Origin: Promethearchaeia archaeon
GTDB lineage: Archaea; Asgardarchaeota; Lokiarchaeia; Sigyniarchaeales; SOKP01
DNA: 45,876 nt
NCBI GenBank assembly: GCA_029856105.1
Contig: JAHQWH010000047.1
Span: 1 to 45,876, forward strand
Direction of reading: 5' to 3'
Numbering within the stretch: the stretch's first letter is position 1; each line of letters opens with the position of its first letter. Made by a program: the position numbers and the translations under genes. The notes beneath the pieces were generated by a model. The model was not told the DNA's origin, searched no databases, and was given only the letters and a program-made list of their open reading frames with translations. Positions 29,627 to 39,119 of the stretch are shown one piece after another.

Positions 29627-29824
29627 TTATGATAATATTAGATTTAAAATGATTTTTTGACAAACATTGGCTAAGCAAAGTCATCCACCTCCGTTGTCAT
29701 CTTGGGGGATGAAATTGATGACTGCAACAGAGATGATTGTAGTAAAAGTAATAACCAGTGCTATGATAATAATGGCAATGAATATTTTTTTATTTCTTTT
29801 ATTTTCCAGAATTTTTAAAGGCAT
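29627..29824 (-). CDS. Putative small membrane selenoprotein (65 aa; UGA codon 48 at 29683..29681)
   Basis: MPLKILENKRNKKIFIAIIIIALVITFTTIISVAVINFIPQDDNGGG-U-LCLANVCQKIILNLILS*; basic N-terminus plus TM helix; SECIS-like hairpin just after the TAA. Confidence 0.7.
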
Positions 29825-29906
29825 ATTTAAAACATTTTTATTATGTTAATTGATAAAATTTGTAGTAAACATAAAGAAACATAGAATCTTAAACTTATTT
29901 TTTTTA

Positions 29907-31535
29907 TCAATCAAAATACTTTTTAACGAATTCTTGGCGATAAATTTCCGGATTTTCAGAGTTTTTCAAGATAAAGTCCTCATATCTACCATAAATTTTA
30001 AGCATATCGTCGTATAATTGTCTACAAGCTTCTGTTGGTTTTATGACTTCAATACCTTTAATGTATAAAAACTGTTTCACTAAATCGGACCATTCCTTTT
30101 TAACATTGATTGAATCATAATAAGATTTAGCGCTTCTAAAAGCAGCGCCTATGGCTGCAGAATCAGGGACATTAAATATACGTACTTTAGTGTTAAATAT
30201 ATCTGCTGCTACTTGTAAGATTTCTCGATTTGCAGATGCTCCTCCAGTTGCATAAATCTCTTCAGGCTTTTCACCAATCCATTTTGAGTGTAATCTCATA
30301 GACAAGAATTGAGCCTCGATAATTGCTCTAACATTTCCTTCTAAATCTTTATCATCGAATCCAAACCGGTATACTTTAGGTTGCAATACAAACGGGACGA
30401 TCTCAGGAAAAAAATAAGGGAGCATTATTTTCCCATAATTACCACAAGGTGTTTTTTTTAAAATCGCTGAAAAATCCTTCCAAGTAAGGTTGTAATTATT
30501 TTTAACCTTCTCTCTTGCTAAAGAACCATTTTTGTAGCAGATTAGGCTCATATAATCGCCTGTGGGCGCTCCAAAAACGTGTCCCTCGCCCTTCAAATCA
30601 AAATGTAAGTTCTTCATATAACTAAAATATGTATCGCTTGTCCCTAAACTAATCGCAACTTTACCTTTTTCTGTAAGACCAACTCCAATTAGGCTATTGG
30701 GATTATCTCCCGACCACGCGATTAGGATAGTTTCTGGAGAAAAACCAAATCTTTCTACAAAATAAGGAGATATTTTTCCTATGACATCGTAAGAATTGAC
30801 AAGGGACGGTAATTTTTGTCGTAAATTCAGAGCAGTAGCGTTTAAAGCTTTATCGTCCCATTGTTTAGTTCTAATGTTCATTAAATTCATACCTGCTCCA
30901 TCCCCATGGTCGATTGGTGAATTTTTACCTAGTAATACTGAAGATAGAAAAGAGCTTACGAGATGAATCGTTGAAGTTTGAATATAATCGTCGTAATTTT
31001 GTTCGTAAAATTTTCTGATTTGCGGTCCAGAAAATCTCTCAAAAGTATTTGAACCAGTTATACTTATTGTAGGTTCTAATCCTCCTAATTCAAGACGAAT
31101 CTCTTCGCATTGCTTGGTTGTGCTTGAATCCATCCAGATTGGACTAGTTTCTCTTGTAAAGACTTTCTGTAATTGATTTACTAAAGATTTTTTAGAATCT
31201 AAATTTTTTAGAGTTGTTTCGAAAGAATTGTTTAAATAAACCGTTCCATGTTGCTGACCTGAACCAGAAATTGCTTTTATTTCGTTCAAAGGTAAGTTTT
31301 TTTGAACAAGCGCTTTAAATAATAATTCTAAAGCTTCTACCCACATTAATGGATTCGAATGAACAACTTTACCGCCATTCGAAGTAAAAACGCCATTTTG
31401 GGTGTTATAATGTGGTAGTTCTTCGTCAAAATTAATACTGTGACTAATGATAATTTCATTTTTGCTAAGATTTATGAGAACGGCCGTTAAACTTTGAGTT
31501 GAACAATCTACACCGAGAAAATAATCCATATTCAT
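29907..31535 (-). CDS. xylB: D-xylulose kinase (FGGY family, eukaryote-like subtype)
   Basis: LGVDCSTQSL, SGSGQQHG, WMDSST, ERFSGPQIRK, GDNP, ISLGTSDT, KNGSLARE, TGGASAN. Confidence 0.88.
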   Translation of the reverse strand: MNMDYFLGVDCSTQSLTAVLINLSKNEIIISHSINFDEELPHYNTQNGVFTSNGGKVVHSNPLMWVEALELLFKALVQKNLPLNEIKAISGSGQQHGTVYLNNSFETTLKNLDSKKSLVNQLQKVFTRETSPIWMDSSTTKQCEEIRLELGGLEPTISITGSNTFERFSGPQIRKFYEQNYDDYIQTSTIHLVSSFLSSVLLGKNSPIDHGDGAGMNLMNIRTKQWDDKALNATALNLRQKLPSLVNSYDVIGKISPYFVERFGFSPETILIAWSGDNPNSLIGVGLTEKGKVAISLGTSDTYFSYMKNLHFDLKGEGHVFGAPTGDYMSLICYKNGSLAREKVKNNYNLTWKDFSAILKKTPCGNYGKIMLPYFFPEIVPFVLQPKVYRFGFDDKDLEGNVRAIIEAQFLSMRLHSKWIGEKPEEIYATGGASANREILQVAADIFNTKVRIFNVPDSAAIGAAFRSAKSYYDSINVKKEWSDLVKQFLYIKGIEVIKPTEACRQLYDDMLKIYGRYEDFILKNSENPEIYRQEFVKKYFD

Positions 31536-31824
31536 ATTTTTTTTTTTAAATGATAGTGGTAATATTAGTAGTTAGACATATAAAAAATATGCAAATTTAT
31601 TAATTTAGTAATAATGTACTAAACATTTGATTATTTTAACAATAACAATTTTCAAATTATTATACTAGATAATACATATCGACCAAAATCGCTTTTTTTC
31701 GAAAATTTCAAGTAAAAAATAAAAATTTAAATACTAGAAAACAAAAAAATAATTAACTTAATATCACAAATAATATATAATTAAGATCATTTTAGTAATA
31801 TATTAAATATATATTTAGAAGAGG

Positions 31825-32256
31825 TTGAAAATTATATTGGACGCAATCGATGAAAAAATCTTAGAAGAATTGAAGGTAGATAGCAGAATATCATTTAAAG
31901 ACATTTCTGAGCGAGTAGGAAAAACAGAAGCTACGGTTCGAAGGCGGGTTAATAAGTTGAAGGAGGATGGCATAATAAAAAGTTTTACTATAGAATATAG
32001 TGTCAATTCTAAACCACAAACTAGAGCCACTGTTAAAATTGAACCTGATTTTAAGGAGATGAAAAATATAATGAAAGAATTAAGAGCAATTGATGAGATT
32101 ACAGATATTTGGCGCTTAAGTGGAAATTGTGGTCTTTTCATAAAAGTGGAGATTCCTACTATTGAACAGTTTAACCCTTTAATTGAAGAGAAAATATCTG
32201 TAATCAAAGGAGTTAAGATAATGGAAACTTGTTTTATAACTGATATTATAAAATAA
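31825..32256 (+). CDS. Lrp/AsnC-family transcriptional regulator
   Basis: LDAIDEKILEELKVDSRISFKDIS...EATVRRRVNKL..DGII plus RAM domain. Confidence 0.93.
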   Translation: MKIILDAIDEKILEELKVDSRISFKDISERVGKTEATVRRRVNKLKEDGIIKSFTIEYSVNSKPQTRATVKIEPDFKEMKNIMKELRAIDEITDIWRLSGNCGLFIKVEIPTIEQFNPLIEEKISVIKGVKIMETCFITDIIK

Positions 32257-32436
32257 TCAGTTCTTTCAGATGTATATGTTTTTGTAATAATCAAAAATTA
32301 GAAACTTCATTACTAATTCTTTATTTGATAAATTTCTCCCATTTTTAATGCTTTGAATTTTTTAAAATTAAAATTTTTAAAAAAAAACCATTAAGTAATA
32401 AATATTATTTCCATTATTTTACTAATATCTAAAAAG

Positions 32437-32934
32437 TTGGAATCTAAAATGGTTATTAAGAAGGGCGATATTATTAAAGTAGAATACGAAGGGCGATTAG
32501 AAGATCTAACGATATTTGATAGTACGGAACTTCAAGGGGGAAAACCAATTAAGTTTGAAGTTGGTGTTGGTTTATTAATTCGGGGTTTTGATAATTCAGT
32601 TGTGGGTAAAGAAGTTGGAGATGAATTTACTATTACTTTAAAAGCTTCTGAAGCTTATGGTGAGGTTGATCCGCAATTAATTCAAACTATTTCCAGAGAG
32701 CAACTTCCAAAAGATATTGATCCTGAACCTGGGATGATGTTGAACGCATTTGATGCTAACGGGGCACAATCTGTGATCTGGATTAAGGAGGTCGACGACG
32801 AGTTTGTAACGCTTGATATGAACCACCCAATGGCCGGAAAAACGCTAATTTTTAAAATTAAGATTCTAGAAACAGGTTGCGAACCAGATCCACCTGGCAC
32901 TCATGAATGTGGGTGTGGGTGTGAGCACAATTAA
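32437..32934 (+). CDS. slyD: FKBP-type peptidyl-prolyl isomerase (SlyD-like)
   Basis: VEYEGRL..FDST, EAYG, DMNHPMAGKTL; Cys/His metal-binding tail HECGCGCEH. Confidence 0.9.
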   Translation: MESKMVIKKGDIIKVEYEGRLEDLTIFDSTELQGGKPIKFEVGVGLLIRGFDNSVVGKEVGDEFTITLKASEAYGEVDPQLIQTISREQLPKDIDPEPGMMLNAFDANGAQSVIWIKEVDDEFVTLDMNHPMAGKTLIFKIKILETGCEPDPPGTHECGCGCEHN

Positions 32935-33114
32935 AAAGAATAAAATTTTACCACATTTTTATTATTCAAAAATAATAATTTTAACTAATTTTAAACTAAT
33001 TAATAGTTCCCTGAAAAGAAATTAAAAATAATCTTTCTTAAAAATCAATGAACAATTTTATTTGTTTTAGATAATTTTTACTATTAATAAATTTGCCCCC
33101 ACCAGTAATCAAAG

Positions 33115-34437
33115 ATGAGCTATAAATTTACAAAAGAAGAATTAAAGGAACTTTTAATTGATTACAATAAAGTTGCTTTAAAAGAGCAAAAACTTGATCT
33201 TCCTTCTAAAGTCTGTATTTGGGACGAAACATTGAGAGATGGAGAGCAAAGTCCTACTGTTTATCTTACCTTAGAGGAAAAGATCCATTTAGCAAAATTA
33301 ATGGATGAGATAGGAGTTAAATTAATCGCAGTTGGGTTTCCAGCAGTCTCAAAAACCGAAAAGAAAATCGTTAAAGCGATAGTAAATGAAAATTGTAAAA
33401 ATGCTACTATCCTTGGAATTGCTCGTCCAAAGAAGGAAGATATTAATGCGTGTATCGATGTAGATCTTAAAGAAATCGTAATTTTCATGCCAATTTCTCC
33501 AATTTTTAGGAAAACTTTAAAGCAAACACCTGAGCAACAACTAGAAATGATCGAAGAAGCCATTCATTACGCGAAAGACAACGGATTTAAAGTCAATTGG
33601 GTTTCAGAAGATGGCACTAGATGCGATTTTAATCATTTGATAAATGTTTTCAAAACGGCAATAGCAGCCGGGGCAGAAAGGATCGTTCTTGGAGACACAG
33701 TAGGAGTTTTAACGCCACTTTCTACTTCGTATTTGATTAAGCGAATAAAAAATGACGTTATAAAACCACAAAAAAAAGAAATTCCTATGGGTATTCACAC
33801 GCACAACGATTTTGGCTTAGCGGTTGCTAATACTATTACTGGCGTATTTGAGGGATGCACTTATCCACATACCTGTATAAATGGTTACGGCGAAAGAGCA
33901 GGAAATGCCGCTTTAGAAGAGGTTGCTACGAATCTTGAACGGATAGGTATTAAAACAGGTATAGATTTGACAAAATTACCAGAATTAAGTGAAATTTGCG
34001 AGAAATATTTTTGCCAACCATTAGCCCTAAACAAGGCCATCGTAGGTGAACACGCCTTTAGTCACGAAAGCGGACTTCACATTGCTGCAATTTTAGCACA
34101 CCCATTAACATATGAACCAATAAACCCCCATATAGTAGGCCGAAGAAGAAAGTTCTATTTAGGGAAATTCTCAGGGTCTAAATCAATATTAAACGCACTA
34201 AAACAAAAAATTAAGGTTTTAGATTTAGATATTCCAGATGAAATTATTAAGCGAATTGTTTTAGAAGTGAAAAAGAAACACGAAGAGACGTCTAAGAAGG
34301 AATTAAGAAAGTCGTTTAAGATAATAAAGCAAGAATTAGAGAAAGTTACAAAAGGAGTCGGGGATAAAGAGTTCTTCGAAATTGTAAATAAATACGCTCA
34401 ACCATACGTTCCTGACGAATTTAAGCCAAAAATTTAG
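33115..34437 (+). CDS. DRE-TIM 2-oxoacid synthase (homocitrate/isopropylmalate/citramalate synthase family, no LeuA regulatory domain)
   Basis: DETLRDGEQ, DTVG, HTHNDFGLAVAN, GERAGNAALEE, HESGLH. Confidence 0.9.
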   Translation: MSYKFTKEELKELLIDYNKVALKEQKLDLPSKVCIWDETLRDGEQSPTVYLTLEEKIHLAKLMDEIGVKLIAVGFPAVSKTEKKIVKAIVNENCKNATILGIARPKKEDINACIDVDLKEIVIFMPISPIFRKTLKQTPEQQLEMIEEAIHYAKDNGFKVNWVSEDGTRCDFNHLINVFKTAIAAGAERIVLGDTVGVLTPLSTSYLIKRIKNDVIKPQKKEIPMGIHTHNDFGLAVANTITGVFEGCTYPHTCINGYGERAGNAALEEVATNLERIGIKTGIDLTKLPELSEICEKYFCQPLALNKAIVGEHAFSHESGLHIAAILAHPLTYEPINPHIVGRRRKFYLGKFSGSKSILNALKQKIKVLDLDIPDEIIKRIVLEVKKKHEETSKKELRKSFKIIKQELEKVTKGVGDKEFFEIVNKYAQPYVPDEFKPKI

Positions 34438-34468
34438 AATTTAATGAATATAAACCTTACTCTGCTTT

Positions 34469-35830
34469 TTATAGTTTTTTATCAATCTCTTTAATTTTGT
34501 TTTTAGTTACCTTTAAATCATTCTCCAGTTGGCCAGCCCTTTTTTCGTAAGATTTCTTATCCATTTGTCCGTCTTTATATTTCTTTTCTACAAAATCAAG
34601 TAAGTTTCGAACCGAATTAAGTTTACTTTCTAGTCCCTTCTTTTCGGCTAATAAATCTTTCTTTTTAACTTTCTTTTTAGTCTGTGGTTTTGGAGAAGGC
34701 TTTAAATTATCGGAAATGTCGATACTTGGCAATCCAATAAAATATTCGTCCTCTTTTCCGTCTAAACTCTCAGGTCTTTTGGGAAGATCGGTTAGTGGTT
34801 CATTTGAGGCTATTAATTCGTCTAAACCATCACTTGTTGTTTTTTGAGAATAATTCTGTTGTTTATTAGGTGGGGGTCCATTCAATTCCGTAAGCGAAGT
34901 TTCCGAAGAAGCAACCGTTCTAATTAGTTTGTCGATTGTAGTCTTCATTGTATCAATTTGATTTTGAAAAATCTTTAGCAAATCGAATAATTCACTTTTA
35001 TTAGATATTTTCATAGAAAAATTGATATCTACATTTTTCCTTTCAGTTGTTGCAGAACTAATTGGTGACGATTGGTAATCCATTGTTTTTGTTGTAGAAG
35101 GTACCTCTTGAGGAGCAATCTCGGGGATAGCACCGCTCGAATGCAATTCCATTCTATAATCTGAAACTAACCATGAAAAAATATTAAACGCTAAATTTGG
35201 ATGCTCATCGTTACCGAAGCCCCCTCCAACTCTGTCTCTAAACAGTTCATAACTTCCTATAGCACAGACCCTTCCTTCATCGGGTTCAGCAACACAAATT
35301 AAGGGAGTAGAAAAAGGTTCTGATGTTTCATTTGAGGATACGATAGAAATCGAACTACCTACTAACGAAAGCGAACATCCAGATCTAAAGCACAATGAAC
35401 TAATACTATTTGTAATTGGATGTGGTGGAATAAAGGCCGTAACTATAGGCATATTTTCTAAGCCTAAATTATAAGTTTTATCTAGTACTTGGTCGTTTTC
35501 AAATGCTATTCCATACGTTTGGCTTAATTCGCTTAGGTTACTATTTCTTCCTCTATCGCCCCCTGCATGAGACAGCATCAATAACCCGCCCCCATCTTCT
35601 CTAACCCAACTGTTAATTTCAGTTATTTCCATCGAAGAGATTTTTGCAAAATCAGGGCAAACAAATACTAAAATATCAAACGATCTTAAAGAATTTCGGG
35701 TAATCGGTGCTTCTAAGAAATTATAACAAACGTAATCGTTAGCATTTAAGAAGTCTCGTAATTCCGTTAGATTCTCGTCTAACTTTCCCCGTGGTTTGTG
35801 GGCTGTATCAAACGCTATATTATACGGCAT
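34469..35830 (-). CDS. GIFT (IFT52/GldG-like, class I GATase fold) domain protein with low-complexity linker and C-terminal coiled coil
   Basis: FDTAH, DILVFVCP, WVREDGGGLLML..GGD....NL.EL...YGI.FEND.V; no signal peptide. Confidence 0.7.
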   Translation of the reverse strand: MPYNIAFDTAHKPRGKLDENLTELRDFLNANDYVCYNFLEAPITRNSLRSFDILVFVCPDFAKISSMEITEINSWVREDGGGLLMLSHAGGDRGRNSNLSELSQTYGIAFENDQVLDKTYNLGLENMPIVTAFIPPHPITNSISSLCFRSGCSLSLVGSSISIVSSNETSEPFSTPLICVAEPDEGRVCAIGSYELFRDRVGGGFGNDEHPNLAFNIFSWLVSDYRMELHSSGAIPEIAPQEVPSTTKTMDYQSSPISSATTERKNVDINFSMKISNKSELFDLLKIFQNQIDTMKTTIDKLIRTVASSETSLTELNGPPPNKQQNYSQKTTSDGLDELIASNEPLTDLPKRPESLDGKEDEYFIGLPSIDISDNLKPSPKPQTKKKVKKKDLLAEKKGLESKLNSVRNLLDFVEKKYKDGQMDKKSYEKRAGQLENDLKVTKNKIKEIDKKL

Positions 35831-35875
35831 GATAATTATTTTTTTTTGTCATTTAATAAAAAGAGTAATCTATTA

Positions 35876-36973
35876 TCAATAAATACTTTTGTCTCCTATA
35901 ATTAAATTATTTTTAGTAATGTTTTCTACTCTTACATTACTTCCTATGATTGAACCCTCAGTTATCACATTTTTTAAAGTTGCATTCTTTTCAATAACGC
36001 AATTTTCTATAATGCAATTTTGAATATTAGAATCGCAACCAATCGAAACATATGGTCCAACAACGGAATAAGAAATTTTGGTATTCTTCCCTATATACAC
36101 AGGACCTTTTATGAACGACCTTTCAGAAACGACATTTAGCTCTTGAAAATCTTCGATAGTGACCGATTTTTGTTTTAAAAGATACTTGTTACCATTCAAC
36201 ACTTCAGAAGGTCTTCCAAAATCCAATATTCCTTTTTTAAGCTTAACTGCTGCGATTTTTAATCCGCTATCGATTAAATCTTGTAAGCTTTCGGTTAAAT
36301 AAACCTCTTTAGATCCATCCACTCTTTTATCTAAATATGTTTTTAAATTATCAAAGAGAGCTTGAGTTGCAGAGTTAGAAAATGCGTATATACCAGCTAT
36401 AGCTAAATTGGATATAAATTCTTTTGGTTTCTCAACTAATTTTTGAATAAGTGAATTATCATCTATGACAACAACACCATAAGAGCTCGCATCTTCTTTT
36501 GGGACTTCCATTACTGTAATAATTCCATCTATGTCAGATTCGTAATATCGATACATTAAGTAAGAAAATTCGTCAATTGGAATCATGTCTGCTAAGAAGA
36601 TTAACGATCCTTCCCGTTTATCAGCTTCTTTACTTGTGTGTGTGTGTGTTTCAAACCTTGAATTAGCTAAATATACCGCTTCGCCCAATCCCCAGTAAAA
36701 TGGTATATCATCGTTGTATCCTCGTGGTATTTGCTCTATAAAAATTAACTTAAACTTATCGCCATACTTTTGTTTAACGAATTCTGTTATTTGTCTTCTC
36801 TTATATCCGACAATTAAAATTAATTCCGTTTTTGAACCAAATGTATCGCTAATTTTATTAAGGATGTGTTCCAACACCGTCTTTCCAGCAACATTTATGA
36901 ATGTTTTAGGTTTGCTTAAGGTAAATGGGCGTAATCTCGAACCAATACCTGCACATGGACCTATAATTTTCAT
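35876..36973 (-). CDS. Sugar-1-phosphate nucleotidyltransferase with C-terminal left-handed beta-helix
   Basis: CAGIGSRLRPFT..KPK, GLGEAV, YGVV, VEKP, DFGRP, hexapeptide repeats. Confidence 0.9.
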   Translation of the reverse strand: MKIIGPCAGIGSRLRPFTLSKPKTFINVAGKTVLEHILNKISDTFGSKTELILIVGYKRRQITEFVKQKYGDKFKLIFIEQIPRGYNDDIPFYWGLGEAVYLANSRFETHTHTSKEADKREGSLIFLADMIPIDEFSYLMYRYYESDIDGIITVMEVPKEDASSYGVVVIDDNSLIQKLVEKPKEFISNLAIAGIYAFSNSATQALFDNLKTYLDKRVDGSKEVYLTESLQDLIDSGLKIAAVKLKKGILDFGRPSEVLNGNKYLLKQKSVTIEDFQELNVVSERSFIKGPVYIGKNTKISYSVVGPYVSIGCDSNIQNCIIENCVIEKNATLKNVITEGSIIGSNVRVENITKNNLIIGDKSIY

Positions 36974-37029
36974 ATTTTAATTTGAAATATTGTCTTTTTA
37001 CTTTATTTAGTGTTAATAATCATTTAATT

Positions 37030-37809
37030 TTAATAAAACTTTGACTCATCCGAATCGAAAATTCTTTGTAAATAGCCAAATAATAAATCAAGTCCATATT
37101 CTTCTTTATTTGAGCAGGGGATCAACTCTGAAGTGGAGCCTAATTGAACGAATACATCTGAGATTAACATAGATAACTCCCTTATTAAACCACTTTCTCT
37201 TTCATTAGTGGAATCCTCTAACGCTCGAAAGTCTTGACTCCAATTAACAATCATATCGATTTGATCTTCGCCTAATAGATCAGCTTTGGATAAAACATTA
37301 ATTTGGGAAATATTTCTAAACCTAAATTGTACTGAGGCTGCTAAAAGTAGTGTAGAGATGAATCCATTAGGTCTGAGGACTAAGTTTGAATCAAAAAGAA
37401 AAGAAACTGCCTTTTGAATTGATCCAAAACCTAATGAGCTTGCAATTAAAGGTCCCGTGTCCCTAAAAGCAAACAGTTCAAGCTGTCCAGCAGTATCTAC
37501 AAATACCCAATCTGCATTGTATTCGTCAATTTCGTACTTTAAATCGTCTAGAAAGTTAACCATTAAATCAGAAGCTAAGATCATGGCTCCATTTGGCCCC
37601 AATTCGTATTTATCCATTACTTCTTCAAGAACGATGAAGTCTCTTATATCTATATCGGGAGTATAAGGCATTCTATTAACTCCAGGGTCCAAGTTTAAAG
37701 TAATAGCCGAAATATCAGGATTTCTTTTAAGAACGTATTCTTTAAATAATCCTGTTAATGTGCTCTTACCGCTTCCAGCCGTTCCAATAAAATAATTTAA
37801 TAAAAAAAT
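37030..37809 (-). CDS. GPN-loop GTPase; true start lies upstream of the ORF-track call and is probably ATT
   Basis: Frame extends to FLLNYFIGTAGSGKST (P-loop); NLDPG, LGPNG, DTAGQLE, SKAD. Confidence 0.9.
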   Translation of the reverse strand: MFLLNYFIGTAGSGKSTLTGLFKEYVLKRNPDISAITLNLDPGVNRMPYTPDIDIRDFIVLEEVMDKYELGPNGAMILASDLMVNFLDDLKYEIDEYNADWVFVDTAGQLELFAFRDTGPLIASSLGFGSIQKAVSFLFDSNLVLRPNGFISTLLLAASVQFRFRNISQINVLSKADLLGEDQIDMIVNWSQDFRALEDSTNERESGLIRELSMLISDVFVQLGSTSELIPCSNKEEYGLDLLFGYLQRIFDSDESKFY

Positions 37810-37954
37810 AATCGACCTCTGTTAAGTTTTCTTTCCTCATTAATATTTAAATAATCAAAGATAATTAAAGATTCATAATAAAACTAATAGTTAACACTAC
37901 GAATGAATATTAGGGATTGAGTTAAAAAAAGTGAGTTTAGTATTCATTAATAGC

Positions 37955-38953
37955 TTATTTTGGTTTATTTAATTTTTTCAATTTGACTTTTTTTTCTTTT
38001 TGTTCTTGTTGTTCTAGCTTTTTTTTGAATCTTTCAATTTGGTTGTTGATTGCGATTTCTTCCTTTTTCTTTAATTCCTCATCGCTCAATACGATAGCTT
38101 TAAGTTCATCTCCGCTCATTGGTTTTAAAATATCTGTAATACTAAAACCATTGTTTTTCTCTGTGATTTCTCTAAACTTTGTTTTCATTTCTTTCATCAC
38201 TAAAAGTTTAGCTGATGATCCTCGGCTTTGCATCAATGACGGTAATTCGGATCTTTTAATTCTTTCGATGCCCGGTCCCGAAACTCTTTGGGAGGTGCGT
38301 ATTGGAGGCCCATAAGATATAGGGTTAGCCGGCATATTTTGCATGGTTAAGGAGAGATTTTTTAAATGTAGCTCTATGTTCTTTAAAGTCTCGTTGCTCT
38401 CTTTCATCATTGAAATTACTGATTGATCGGCAGAAACACTCTCAATACTATTTTTTTCGTAAATTATTGTTCTTTCTTCTTTATTTTGGTTGTAATCCGT
38501 CTTAATCGATTGTACTACTCTTTCTTGAGTGACTTTTCTTTTTTGACCTTTGCCTAAACTTAAATCTATAAATTGAAAACCATCGTAGCACTCATCGTTA
38601 ATTCCAATGTCTAATATGTTAAATTTCTCTGAAAATATGTACTCGATTCGGTGCCCAGAATTTAGATATATCGTTAGTTTTAAAACCTTAATCTGGATAT
38701 CTGTATAACCTTGAATTTCATCTAATTCAATTGTAAAACATAGAAGCTCGTTTGAGTGATAAAACTTTTTTATTGAAACCAGCGATGGAGATTGCTTGTA
38801 ATATATCTCTTGTCTAACAACCTTAGATATTTCAAACTGGAAATTCAACCTTTTAATCTTATCTGGAAGAAATTGAACTTGCTCTTCATCGTTTTTTTTA
38901 AATTCTAAAAACAATTTCCTTTGATCGTCCCAAAAAACTTGGAACAATTCCAT
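37955..38953 (-). CDS. Hypothetical protein with C-terminal low-complexity and coiled-coil region
   Basis: 332-aa ORF with ATG. Confidence 0.7.
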   Translation of the reverse strand: MELFQVFWDDQRKLFLEFKKNDEEQVQFLPDKIKRLNFQFEISKVVRQEIYYKQSPSLVSIKKFYHSNELLCFTIELDEIQGYTDIQIKVLKLTIYLNSGHRIEYIFSEKFNILDIGINDECYDGFQFIDLSLGKGQKRKVTQERVVQSIKTDYNQNKEERTIIYEKNSIESVSADQSVISMMKESNETLKNIELHLKNLSLTMQNMPANPISYGPPIRTSQRVSGPGIERIKRSELPSLMQSRGSSAKLLVMKEMKTKFREITEKNNGFSITDILKPMSGDELKAIVLSDEELKKKEEIAINNQIERFKKKLEQQEQKEKKVKLKKLNKPK

Positions 38954-39119
38954 TTTTGCTTATAACCCTTAGTTTTTATCGTTTATTTTTTCAATCGATC
39001 TACTTATGTCTAAAATTTAATCTATCCTTTAAAATATCGCGACTTCACCAAATTATTGATTTTTAAGGGACTTAATTATCGAATAGACGGAGATTCTTTG
39101 ATGAGAAGAAAATTAAAAA

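Noticed and set aside
29667-29849. 60-aa plus-strand ORF in the ORF track
   Set aside because: Antisense shadow of the minus-strand membrane ORF, which has an ATG, a basic-then-TM architecture and a SECIS-like element.
31815-32294. 159-aa minus-strand ORF and the many other short ORFs nested antisense or out of frame in real genes
   Set aside because: Fully overlap well-supported genes and show no motifs; typical shadow ORFs.
36634-36650. (TG)n microsatellite in the nucleotidyltransferase gene
   Set aside because: Short, in frame (encodes THTHT), ORF intact; no evidence for phase variation.
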